Positions 6,412 through 15,309 of a stretch of DNA of 47,067 bases are shown piece after piece. The notes under the pieces were generated by a model. That model did no database searches, was not told the DNA's origin, and was given only the letters and a program-made list of their open reading frames with translations. Both the position numbers and the translations under genes were made by a program. The DNA is from Fidelibacterota bacterium (lineage in GTDB: Bacteria > Fidelibacterota > Marinisomatia > Marinisomatales > UBA8229), in the NCBI GenBank assembly GCA_012964235.1, contig DTUJ01000094.1:1-47067 (forward strand), in the 5' to 3' direction. The stretch's first letter is position 1. Every line of letters begins with the position of its first letter.

Positions 6412-8802
6412 TTATATCTGAAACCAATAGTTCAGCTTTATGAAGAGGGTGTTTGACTTGTAAGAATCCCATGAACCATCTAAAGAGGAAAAATGGTTAG
6501 AATCATTTAAGTTATATACAATGAACAAGGTGCTGCCGGGAAGATATTCCCAGCGCAGAACAAATGTTCCCACGCTGTTTCTTATTTTAAAATCAGGATC
6601 ATTGTTATATCCGTACGGTTCAAAGTCTAATGTTTTTGGTGCGGTTAGTCGTTTGAAATCAAAGTATTCCATATCTGCTCTGAATGGCTGGAGATACATC
6701 TGCAAAGACAGTTCAGGAGAAAATGTTAAATTCATTCGCAGTTGTATCTCATTGATTTTTTGCTTCGAATTGCTGTATATAATACTATCTTTGTCCACGG
6801 TTTCCACCCACTCAACCCTGGAATCATCATAATTTTCTGTCGCTTCCACAGATACCATTAAATAGTTGGTCGGTTTTAAGATAAGGCCGAATTGAACCTT
6901 ATAACCCCATCCACCTAAGTCATTCATGCCAAAACCAAGCACTGGAGCTACGATGACACGCTTTCTGGAATCGCTTTTAAGAAAGATCCACCCTCTTTTT
7001 GAAAAAGGAGATGCGATATCCCACGCAAGACTGTCCTGGAATGTATCGTCATCATCATAGGATGGAAAATCAACCTCGGCTCCAAATCCAAAACGCCAAT
7101 AGTTCTTTGTTGAGTTATTTTGTTCAATTCTAAGGTGTTTCGCCAGCGGCAGTCCATCATTTCGAGATTTGTAAAAAAAGCGATACTCCAGCTCATTCCT
7201 TAAGAATGGGCCCCAAGGATCCTGTCTCCGTATTTCCCCGAATATACCCGATTTCCAAAACCCATTTCTTTCCAAAAAACCCAGATCGTTAATATCAAAA
7301 GAATCACTAAACCAGGCGCCTATAATATTTACATTCCACCAGACAGGATCAGAATATCCTGCATAAAACCTCCCGGCATAGCCCTTATCCCCATTGACAT
7401 CTGATTGTGCCAGTTGTCCACTAAATCCAAACCGATTGTCAGACAACCGTACGTCCCAATCCAACCCGCCGGTGAATGCTCCCGTTGCCTCTTTTCGCCT
7501 GACATCCGTAACCATAGCACCGATGGTGGACACATCATTTATGATTGGTTTTTCAATGCGACCTACAAAATAATTTGTGTAGGGCTCCAAAAGAAAATCC
7601 TGGGCTAGAGTTGAGTCTCCAATTTCATATTCCCAAATTCCGTACTCTTCATCCGTCACACTTTCTATAACCCCAAAACTTAATCCGCTTTCTGTTTTTC
7701 CCATGATTTTTACCGCACTTAAAATTGTAGTAAAATCTGGACTTTCAATAATTTCTCCATGAGAGGGAGAAAAATATCCAGGCTCTTTGCCAATCCGCCT
7801 GGAATGGAAAAACTGGATACGATTCTTAAAAAAGGATCCTCCCTTAACAAAAAACGGTCGTTTTTCCTCATAAAAAGTTTCAAATGCACTGAGATTCAAC
7901 ACGGATGGGTCCGCTTCAACCTGCCCAAAATCGGGATTAAATGCCACATTCAGTGTCGTGTTGCTGCCAAGTCCATATTCTACATCAAGTCCAGTATTTT
8001 TAGTCAGACGATCATCATCGTTTTTGTGTATTCCTCCCAGAATATATGGTAAAATTTCTAATTGTTTGGGAGGAGGAACATCCTCGATGCCTCTCAGAAC
8101 TCCAAAACGTGACACAAATCCTTCAGTTCCCCGTTTTATCCCCGGCCACATTTGTTTTTCCTGTTTCCTTTGTATTCTCCGGTCAAGCAACATACCCCAT
8201 TCTTGATTCCCCACTGCACTGAACCTAAACATGGAAAAGGGAAGTTCGAATTCTGCCATCCAGCCCAGCTCATCCCTGTTCACTTCAACATCCCAGATTC
8301 CATTCCATGATATGTCAATTTCTTCATCGTCATAAATGTAGGCATCAAATTTGACTCCAGAAACATTGACACTAAAGGCAAAAGCTGTACGATTATCGTT
8401 TCGGCTGTCAAACATTACCCCCACCCAGTCAGCATTATTCTCTCCTGCTTCCATCCAGGAATCCCGTCGTGCAAGGCGCCCTACAATTTTTTCAGGTTCT
8501 GAGTCAAAGGCGCGGATAGCCACATAAATGTTGTCATCGTCGTAGAGTATGCGCACCTCAGTGAGTTCTATCAGACTTCCCAGATCTTCAGGCTCTACCT
8601 GTAAAAAGTCCGAAATGGGAACAGCTTTTTTCCAGACAGGATCAGTAAGGTCTCCATCAATTATTGGAGGAGTAGAAACCCTCACGGCAAAGGCTTCTTT
8701 TAAATGTAATGTAGCAGGATCAATTTTTGATGGGCTGGTTCCATTAAGTAATTGGGATAGCGCTACAACCAGCAAAAGTAGATGTGTTGGTATGCGATTC
8801 AT
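6412..8802 (-). CDS. CBM9-like domain / DUF5916-type outer-membrane-associated protein
   Basis: 796 aa with an N-terminal signal peptide. The block PPIIDGDLTDPVWKKAVPISDFLQVEP...ILYDDDNIYVAIRAF is typical of carbohydrate-binding family 9-like domains. A long beta-rich C-terminal region ends in an aromatic residue (YWFQI). Confidence 0.7.
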   Translation of the reverse strand: MNRIPTHLLLLVVALSQLLNGTSPSKIDPATLHLKEAFAVRVSTPPIIDGDLTDPVWKKAVPISDFLQVEPEDLGSLIELTEVRILYDDDNIYVAIRAFDSEPEKIVGRLARRDSWMEAGENNADWVGVMFDSRNDNRTAFAFSVNVSGVKFDAYIYDDEEIDISWNGIWDVEVNRDELGWMAEFELPFSMFRFSAVGNQEWGMLLDRRIQRKQEKQMWPGIKRGTEGFVSRFGVLRGIEDVPPPKQLEILPYILGGIHKNDDDRLTKNTGLDVEYGLGSNTTLNVAFNPDFGQVEADPSVLNLSAFETFYEEKRPFFVKGGSFFKNRIQFFHSRRIGKEPGYFSPSHGEIIESPDFTTILSAVKIMGKTESGLSFGVIESVTDEEYGIWEYEIGDSTLAQDFLLEPYTNYFVGRIEKPIINDVSTIGAMVTDVRRKEATGAFTGGLDWDVRLSDNRFGFSGQLAQSDVNGDKGYAGRFYAGYSDPVWWNVNIIGAWFSDSFDINDLGFLERNGFWKSGIFGEIRRQDPWGPFLRNELEYRFFYKSRNDGLPLAKHLRIEQNNSTKNYWRFGFGAEVDFPSYDDDDTFQDSLAWDIASPFSKRGWIFLKSDSRKRVIVAPVLGFGMNDLGGWGYKVQFGLILKPTNYLMVSVEATENYDDSRVEWVETVDKDSIIYSNSKQKINEIQLRMNLTFSPELSLQMYLQPFRADMEYFDFKRLTAPKTLDFEPYGYNNDPDFKIRNSVGTFVLRWEYLPGSTLFIVYNLNDSNHFSSLDGSWDSYKSNTLFIKLNYWFQI

Positions 8803-8834
8803 AGTTCTATTAGGTATTCGATATTAAAAAAAAG

Positions 8835-9839
8835 TTAAAATGATGATTGAAGGCAGGAAAAAAGCTTATTTTTCGGTAGATGATTTTCTAAAATAGTATT
8901 ACAAAAATTCATCATTTCTGTCTCAATTTCTTCTGAATAGGAAGTTAAACCATTTCGATTTTCAAGGGGGCCTGCAAACAAACGTTCATCCGGGTAAAGC
9001 CGTTCAATAGTATGAAACATTTTTTCCGGGAAACGCATTGGGCCAGTGCTCACAGAATGAATACTTTCAGCCGAAATCGTATAAAAAATTTCCTGAATCA
9101 ATTTCCTGTAATTTTTTTTATAGGATTCATGGTAAATCAACGGATCCAGACGTATCCCAACTCGCCAGCCTTTTTCAGCCAAGCTCTTCATTGTCTGTAT
9201 CCGTTTTTTTACAGGTGGGACACCATGTTCCAATTTTTGAGAAATATTTTCAGGAGTAAAACTATAGGCAACAACACAGTTGGGAATGACTTCATGATTC
9301 AATAATTCATCAACATTGATGCTTTTTGTGCGAAGTTCAAGAACTGCTTTTTTATGTTTTTGAAAGAAGGGAAGAAATTCCCGTACAAACCGGGTGACTG
9401 ATTCCAGAGCAAGGGAATCACAATCATAACCGGAGAAAAAAGTGATTTCTTTCTCATCAGGATTTTGTTCTACAATATTATTTATTTCATTCTGGAAATC
9501 TTCATAATTCACAAATAATACATAATTTGCTGAACGGTACATTCCCTGAAGGAAACAATATCTGCAGTCATAAATACAGTTGAGCATGTGGGAAAAATAA
9601 TAATTTTTCCTTCCACCAATTCCAAATCCTTTCGGAGCATCCAATATAAAATTCCCGTGTTTCCTGGCAAGAATAAGCGCCGGTTTCTTTTTCTGTAAAC
9701 GGAAATTCTGTTTTTTAGGATTGAATACTTCCCCATAGCGTTCACATTCCACAATCCTTGCTTTTGAAAAACGGCTGAGGATACTTTCAGTCCTGGGATG
9801 GCTTCGAATTTCCGATTCTATATAAATTGTTTCAATCAT
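8835..9839 (-). CDS. Spore-photoproduct-lyase (SPL) family radical SAM protein
   Basis: 334 aa with the CxxxCxxC cluster motif in NCIYDCRYCFLQGMY. It is collinear with B. subtilis SplB blocks as I recall them: the N-terminal IYIE, a basic K..L.L.RK segment, C-x3-C-x2-C-[YF]-LQ, and LRTKS. Its start lies 8 nt inside the upstream gene. Confidence 0.8.
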   Translation of the reverse strand: MIETIYIESEIRSHPRTESILSRFSKARIVECERYGEVFNPKKQNFRLQKKKPALILARKHGNFILDAPKGFGIGGRKNYYFSHMLNCIYDCRYCFLQGMYRSANYVLFVNYEDFQNEINNIVEQNPDEKEITFFSGYDCDSLALESVTRFVREFLPFFQKHKKAVLELRTKSINVDELLNHEVIPNCVVAYSFTPENISQKLEHGVPPVKKRIQTMKSLAEKGWRVGIRLDPLIYHESYKKNYRKLIQEIFYTISAESIHSVSTGPMRFPEKMFHTIERLYPDERLFAGPLENRNGLTSYSEEIETEMMNFCNTILENHLPKNKLFSCLQSSF

Positions 9840-10671
9840 GATCCATCCATACAGGTGTATTCTTCAAATGAAGATCCAATGTTTGAATGACATTACGGCT
9901 ATCCTTACAGTTAGGTAATAAAACATCTAAAACATTTTTCCCTGGCTGAAGTAATAACCATTTCCGGAGGAGAGATTTCAATTGATGGGTTTGAGTGACA
10001 GTAAAATGCCAGAGGGAAAGGCACTCTTGTAAAAATGGAGGATCTGAAGTTCTTTCTTCTTCCTCCATTGATAAAACCTGAAGTTTTCTCACCAACTCTT
10101 TTATGCTTGATAGATTTCTGTTAACTAATTCATCAACCATAGTTTCAGTAAGTGGTGGCCTGGAAAGAGACTGAGAATTATCAGAAATTATTTTCATGCA
10201 GTGAATAATTTCCCTTGTTGAATATGATTCCGCAGCAGAATAAAATCCAGATGCTTCCATTTCTACAACATTATCGTCTGGATAATTAAAGTCAGGTTTT
10301 TCAACTGTTTTAACTGATGCCGTTAAACATGGTGGATCGAATACCAACTGTGGAAACCATGACTGTTTCGTTTTAGAATCAACAATCCTTTGAGCTAAAA
10401 TAGCTGTCGCCAGTGGTAAATCTTTGTGACCGCCAATTCCTATATTCAACCAAGCTGTTGTACTAGTATCGTCTTTCGAAACTGAAGCAAGGTGTTTTGT
10501 TGCTTTTAATGAAGCAGATGATCCAATACCTGAAATAATAAGCCGGATTGAATGATCTTGATTAGAATAGACCTTGAATAAGGTGGAATCCCTTTTCCTG
10601 AGATTGAAATGACTGATTATTGGTTTTGCCTCGCAAGAGAGAGCAACTACAAAATTTACTTTTCCTATCAC
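9832..10671 (-). CDS. PNP_UDP_1 / MTA-SAH-nucleosidase-fold protein with an unassigned ~90-aa C-terminal extension
   Basis: 279 aa. The N-terminal ~190 aa show nucleosidase-like blocks FVVALSCEAKP, SGIGSSAS, IGIGGH and VEMEASGFY (compare the DMES/EME block of Pfs and HpnG). The GTG start overlaps the TGA stop of the GT2 gene (GTGA at 10668-10671). Confidence 0.6.
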   Translation of the reverse strand: MIGKVNFVVALSCEAKPIISHFNLRKRDSTLFKVYSNQDHSIRLIISGIGSSASLKATKHLASVSKDDTSTTAWLNIGIGGHKDLPLATAILAQRIVDSKTKQSWFPQLVFDPPCLTASVKTVEKPDFNYPDDNVVEMEASGFYSAAESYSTREIIHCMKIISDNSQSLSRPPLTETMVDELVNRNLSSIKELVRKLQVLSMEEEERTSDPPFLQECLSLWHFTVTQTHQLKSLLRKWLLLQPGKNVLDVLLPNCKDSRNVIQTLDLHLKNTPVWMDHD

Positions 10672-11486
10672 GATAAAAATTCTGAGTATTGTTCTTTAAA
10701 TTTTTTGACTTCCTTTATATTGCCTCGTTTTTGGGCACCCTGAATAAAAATATATATTTTTTCCATCAGCATTTTTTTTGCTGCATTTTCATCCAATTCT
10801 GAAAGTACTCTTGAAGATATGATTTTCTCCAAGGACTTAATTCGGAATCGGTCCATACCCCAGTATTTTTTGGAAAGCTGATCCTCATGACCCCCATATT
10901 TGATAAGAAACGGTTCCTCGATATACAACACTGGATTCCGTGCAGTAATACGGAGCCACAAATCGTAATCTTCACACACGGGAAGAGAGTAATCAAATAA
11001 TCCGATCTCTTTAAAAATACTTTTGTGAATTATCACACTAGATGGAGAAATACAACACAATGGCAGACACTTTTGAAAAATCCATCCGCCAAATTTTTCG
11101 TGTTTCTTTTTAGGATTAACCCTTTTTCCATTCCGAATCCAGATTTCGTTTGTATGACATATTTTTATTTCGGGATTTTCATAAAGCGCTTTCATCTGGA
11201 TTTCTAGTTTTTCCGGGAGCCATTCATCATCTGAATCAAGAAATGCAATCCAGTCGCCAGATGCACGTTTTATTCCCACATTTCTAGCACTGCTTACACC
11301 AGTATTTTGTTGCTGAATAAACACAATCTCCGGATACTCGGAAGTCATCAAAGCTAAGGTTTCATCGGTGGATCCATCATCCACAACGATAATTTCCTTT
11401 GGTGAGCAGGATTGACATAAAATTGAATCAAGAGTCCTGGGAAGCTGATGGGCGCGATTGTACGTTGGAACGATGACGGAGATCAT
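10668..11486 (-). CDS. Family 2 glycosyltransferase
   Basis: MISVIVPTYNR..., VVDDGSTDET and the DxD block FLDSDDEW are the classic GT-A/GT2 N-terminal domain. I prefer the ATG at 11486 over the tracked GTG at 11507. Confidence 0.85.
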   Translation of the reverse strand: MISVIVPTYNRAHQLPRTLDSILCQSCSPKEIIVVDDGSTDETLALMTSEYPEIVFIQQQNTGVSSARNVGIKRASGDWIAFLDSDDEWLPEKLEIQMKALYENPEIKICHTNEIWIRNGKRVNPKKKHEKFGGWIFQKCLPLCCISPSSVIIHKSIFKEIGLFDYSLPVCEDYDLWLRITARNPVLYIEEPFLIKYGGHEDQLSKKYWGMDRFRIKSLEKIISSRVLSELDENAAKKMLMEKIYIFIQGAQKRGNIKEVKKFKEQYSEFLS

Positions 11487-11708
11487 TGTACAGATCACTC
11501 TACTCACTTCCCCACAATAATTGGTTGTTTACCAAAAAGTTTTGCAATACTATTGTGATAAGAAAAGGTTTTACTGTCTTTTTCACCTATCCACATATTT
11601 TTAAATAGTAATATTAAAGTAAACTAATGTTATGAATGTAAGTTTAAGGATACTTTTGAACCTTCCTTCTTTTCTTTTTTGTAATAAATTTAAAAGTAAT
11701 TTTAGTAA

Positions 11709-12407
11709 GTGAACAAACAAAGCTATATCGAACCGGAATATATCCAAATCCCCGAAGGTAGTTTTCTTATGGGAAGTAAAAACGGTTCATCAAATGAAGC
11801 GCCTATCCATACTGTTTGGGTTGATTCTTTTGCAATTGGTAAATATCCGGTAACAAACAGAGAGTATGCATTGTTCATAAAAATGAAAGCATATCCTCCT
11901 CCTCCATTTTGGAATAAACCAAAATTTTCAACCCCGGATCATCCTGTAGTTGGTACCAGTTGGTACGATGCAAACACATATTGTAATTGGTTAAAAGAGT
12001 TAACGGGAAAACCTTACCTTTTACCAACTGAAGCAGAACGGGAGAAAGCCGCACGAGGCGGTGTGGAAGGATGTGAATATTCCTGGGGAAACAAACTCCC
12101 TGGGAACCATTTGGGAGGACGAAATGATTATCTTACCATTAAGGGAACTGAAGGGAAAAATGGTTATAACCTTTACAATATGTCAGAGGGTATCCATGAA
12201 TGGTGCGCAGATTGGTATGATCCAAATTACTATGATATTTCTCCAAACCGAAATCCCAATGGTCCCAAGCGTGGTGCCCGCCGTGTGGCAAGGGGAGGAT
12301 CATGGCGGCACCTAATCCGCTTCACGCGTTGTGCAGCACGAAGCAGTCTTGCTCCTGAAAAACAGTTCAGTGATTTCGGTTTTCGCTGTGCAATGAACAT
12401 TTATTAA
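11709..12407 (+). CDS. Formylglycine-generating-enzyme (SUMF1/EgtB/PvdO) family protein
   Basis: 232 aa with a GTG start. The blocks FLMGS..., YPVTNREY, TSWYDANTYCNWL, LPTEAEREKAARGG, ARGGSWRH and GFRC are typical of the FGE-sulfatase fold. There is no signal peptide. Confidence 0.75.
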   Translation: MNKQSYIEPEYIQIPEGSFLMGSKNGSSNEAPIHTVWVDSFAIGKYPVTNREYALFIKMKAYPPPPFWNKPKFSTPDHPVVGTSWYDANTYCNWLKELTGKPYLLPTEAEREKAARGGVEGCEYSWGNKLPGNHLGGRNDYLTIKGTEGKNGYNLYNMSEGIHEWCADWYDPNYYDISPNRNPNGPKRGARRVARGGSWRHLIRFTRCAARSSLAPEKQFSDFGFRCAMNIY

Positions 12408-12753
12408 ATACCAGCAGAATCAGTTGTCTTCTTCACAATGATTGTGGACATCTGATTTTATGGGTTTTAAATGGATTTGTTCATCATGGGAAAAAAACTA
12501 GCTAATACTTCGATAGAGCCTCCAACAAAAGTAATCCCTGCTGTCATATAGGCATCTTTATAAATTGCTGAAACCAATTTAATTATACGAATAACGCTAT
12601 GAAATTGAAGACCCTACCTTTGAATATCTAAAAAATATTTATTAATAATAATGTTGAATTATCTTCCTCTCTAAGTCACAAAATATTTTAATACTGCTAT
12701 ATTCATTATTAATAGAAATTTCTCATTATATTTATGTTTAGTTTTTATCTTAA

Positions 12754-13974
12754 ATGGGAGAAAACGAATTGCACCGGGTCATAAAAAAGATACATACCTT
12801 TTTCCTTATTGGTTTGATTTTTATTTCATATTCAGTCTCTCAAATTCAAACAAGAAAAATCGCAGACGGATTTGATAAACCCATTTATGCAGTTTCTCAT
12901 CCAACAGATCACAAAATGATATTCGTGGTTGAGCAAAAAGGCGTCATTAAAATAGTGAATTACAAAACTGTATTAAAACTTCCGTTTTTGGATATTCAAG
13001 ACAGGGTTCATTATCCATTATTTCCGGGTGATGAAATGGGTTTATTGGGTTTTGCTTTTCACCCTGAATTTTCAATAAATGGATTCTGTTTTGTTAATTA
13101 TGTAGATAAGAATGATTATTCTATCATTTCACGATTCAAAGCAGACAGTCTCACTATTAATCCGAGCTCAGAAAAAATATTGCTAAAATTGAAACAACCT
13201 TATTCCAACCATAATGGAGGGAGCATTGCGTTTGGACCAGATGGTTATTTGTATATCGGGTTTGGTGATGGGGGATCTGCAGGAGACCCTGAACGTAATG
13301 CTCAAAATCTTAATAATTTTTTTGGGAAAATTCTCCGGATCGATGTGAATACCAATGCAGAAAAATATACAATTCCACATAATAATCCATTTATCGGTAA
13401 GAAAAATGTAAAGGAAGAAATATTTTGTTACGGATTACGAAATCCTTGGCGTTTTTCCTTTGATTCGCTGACTGGTGATTTATTTATCGGGGACGTTGGG
13501 CAAAATAACTGGGAAGAGATTGATGTCATTCTGGCAAATAAAATGGGTGGGCAAAATTTTGGCTGGAATATAATGGAGGGATTCCATTGTTATCCTGAAG
13601 AAATCGAATGCAATAATACAAATCTTATTGAGCCAATTTGGGAATATCCAAATAATGCCAATTACTTTAAAACTCTGGCTGGAATAAAACAAACTAAAAT
13701 GGATGGATGTTCTATTACAGGTGGATATGTCTATCGCGGGAATAAAATTCCCGAATTTTACGGACGATACATTTTTGGTGACTATTGCACTGGTAAAGTC
13801 TGGAGTTTTATCTATGAAAACGGTGAAACTAAAAATATAAAAAATCACACCCTTGAGATTTTAAATAGTATGAACAAAAATAGTTTTTATTTATCCTCAT
13901 TTGGTAAAACAAATGAGGGTGAACTTTTCATTGTTGATTATAATGGAGGAATCTATATAATAACATCATTATAA
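12754..13974 (+). CDS. PQQ-dependent (soluble aldose/sorbosone) sugar dehydrogenase family protein
   Basis: 406 aa with a signal/anchor segment. The blocks SNHNGGSIAFGPDGYLYIGFGDGGSAGDP, GKILRID, IFCYGLRNPWRFSFD and DVGQNNWEEI are hallmarks of the YliI/sGDH beta-propeller family. Confidence 0.8.
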   Translation: MGENELHRVIKKIHTFFLIGLIFISYSVSQIQTRKIADGFDKPIYAVSHPTDHKMIFVVEQKGVIKIVNYKTVLKLPFLDIQDRVHYPLFPGDEMGLLGFAFHPEFSINGFCFVNYVDKNDYSIISRFKADSLTINPSSEKILLKLKQPYSNHNGGSIAFGPDGYLYIGFGDGGSAGDPERNAQNLNNFFGKILRIDVNTNAEKYTIPHNNPFIGKKNVKEEIFCYGLRNPWRFSFDSLTGDLFIGDVGQNNWEEIDVILANKMGGQNFGWNIMEGFHCYPEEIECNNTNLIEPIWEYPNNANYFKTLAGIKQTKMDGCSITGGYVYRGNKIPEFYGRYIFGDYCTGKVWSFIYENGETKNIKNHTLEILNSMNKNSFYLSSFGKTNEGELFIVDYNGGIYIITSL

Positions 13975-14095
13975 CCCTTTTTCTAGAAATCTCAAAAAGC
14001 AAGCCCAGTGATTCTTTTGTTTCATTCTTGAGAATTCTTTGATTATGTTTCCGTGTCAATTTTGTAATTAACATATTTATAAAGGAGTGAGCTTT

Positions 14096-14410
14096 ATGTC
14101 AACATTTATAATGTTCGGGAAATATACTGCAGAGGGGTTCACCAATATGTCCCAAGAACGGACAGGAAAAATTGTAGAAATCATTAAAAAACGTAATGGT
14201 GATATTCTCAAAATGTTTGCAATTTTAGGTGAGTATGATCTTTTGTTCTTGGTAGATTTTCAAAATACAAAAACTGCTATGCAGACTTCGGTTGAAATTT
14301 CACACTACTCTGGAATAAGCTTTTCTACTTCACCTGCGCTACCTGTAGAAATGTTTGACGAACTCATGGGAGGAGGCTTCTTTTCTGACTGGGAATCCCC
14401 TCAGAGCTAA
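14096..14410 (+). CDS. GYD-domain protein
   Basis: About 104 aa starting MSTFIMFGKYTAEG. This size and N-terminus are typical of the GYD family. AAGGAG at 14082-14087 lies 8 nt upstream of the ATG at 14096, which I prefer over the tracked GTG at 14087. Confidence 0.6.
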   Translation: MSTFIMFGKYTAEGFTNMSQERTGKIVEIIKKRNGDILKMFAILGEYDLLFLVDFQNTKTAMQTSVEISHYSGISFSTSPALPVEMFDELMGGGFFSDWESPQS

Positions 14411-14568
14411 TTTATTCTAAACAAATTCCTTAAAAAATATACTCTAAAATATTCAACCTTAAATAGGGAGTGAATGGAGAGGAAATAGTGCATAATATCG
14501 ATTATAAAAAAACGAAGCCAGGAAATTAAACATTAACTCCTCTTCTTATCATTTATGAATTTTACTAT

Positions 14569-15141
14569 ATGGTTGCAGTAAACGAATTTGTACGCCGGCA
14601 GGTAAAAGGATCAGGAAAAACCTATTCATCCAATCTATCATTTGAAGAAATTGCCCTTCATGCAGAAGAAAGGTTAAGTAATAATCATTTCAGGCAAGGA
14701 TACAGGAATGGAGTCGTATTAGTTGAAGTATCCCCAAAACTTGTACATCATTTTATATGTCCGCTGGTAAAGATTGATGAAAACACAAAACTCATAACTA
14801 AAAGAGTAAAACGGAGAGAAGGGGAAAACCCTTATTTACGTATTCGCGCTTTAAATGGTACACCTCTGCCAGCAGGAAAGGTGAAGCTGGTATTATATCG
14901 TCACGATGTTTTAAAAGAAAACAACGAACAGAGTACAACTGAAGAATGGGAACTAATCAGTATAAATGCTATTCCTGAAGGAATTGATAAATTACCAATG
15001 GGACCGATAACTATGATGCGGAATCAAATGGAGCTTCCCGGGGGAACAAAGGGACAATATACATCGGAAGATTGGGCTGAATCGGTGGAATTTTGGCAAA
15101 ATTATGCTGTGCTTGCTCCCGATGAATCCCCTGAAAACTAA
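14569..15141 (+). CDS. Conserved-looking hypothetical protein (possibly DUF3228-like)
   Basis: 190-aa ORF with coding-like composition. No catalytic motif recognised. The family suggestion is from memory only. Confidence 0.45.
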   Translation: MVAVNEFVRRQVKGSGKTYSSNLSFEEIALHAEERLSNNHFRQGYRNGVVLVEVSPKLVHHFICPLVKIDENTKLITKRVKRREGENPYLRIRALNGTPLPAGKVKLVLYRHDVLKENNEQSTTEEWELISINAIPEGIDKLPMGPITMMRNQMELPGGTKGQYTSEDWAESVEFWQNYAVLAPDESPEN

Positions 15142-15309
15142 ACTCATTTAAATTCGTTCAGAGCCCTCTTTTGCTCGCCTTTTTTTTAACTGATTTGTAT
15201 TTGATCAAGGAGTGGTAATTCTTCATTGCAACGAATGAATTGTTTGATGAAAGGAAACCATAGAAAACCTGGAAATAATACGTTCGAATTATTTTACATC
15301 CAACAGTCT

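Noticed and set aside
8835-11486. Reading the GT2/nucleosidase/radical-SAM trio as a bona fide hopanoid hpnI/hpnG/hpnH cluster.
   Set aside because: The radical SAM protein is SPL-type (334 aa, C-x3-C-x2-C-F-L-Q near residue 90). It is not the larger B12-binding-domain HpnH/HpnJ type. No squalene-hopene cyclase or other hpn gene is nearby. Only the enzyme logic is analogous, not the identity.
15161-15187. A possible terminator after the 190-aa ORF: a run of eight T (15180-15187) preceded by GAGC...GCTC.
   Set aside because: The stem is only 4 bp with an 8-nt loop. That is too weak to call a rho-independent terminator with confidence.
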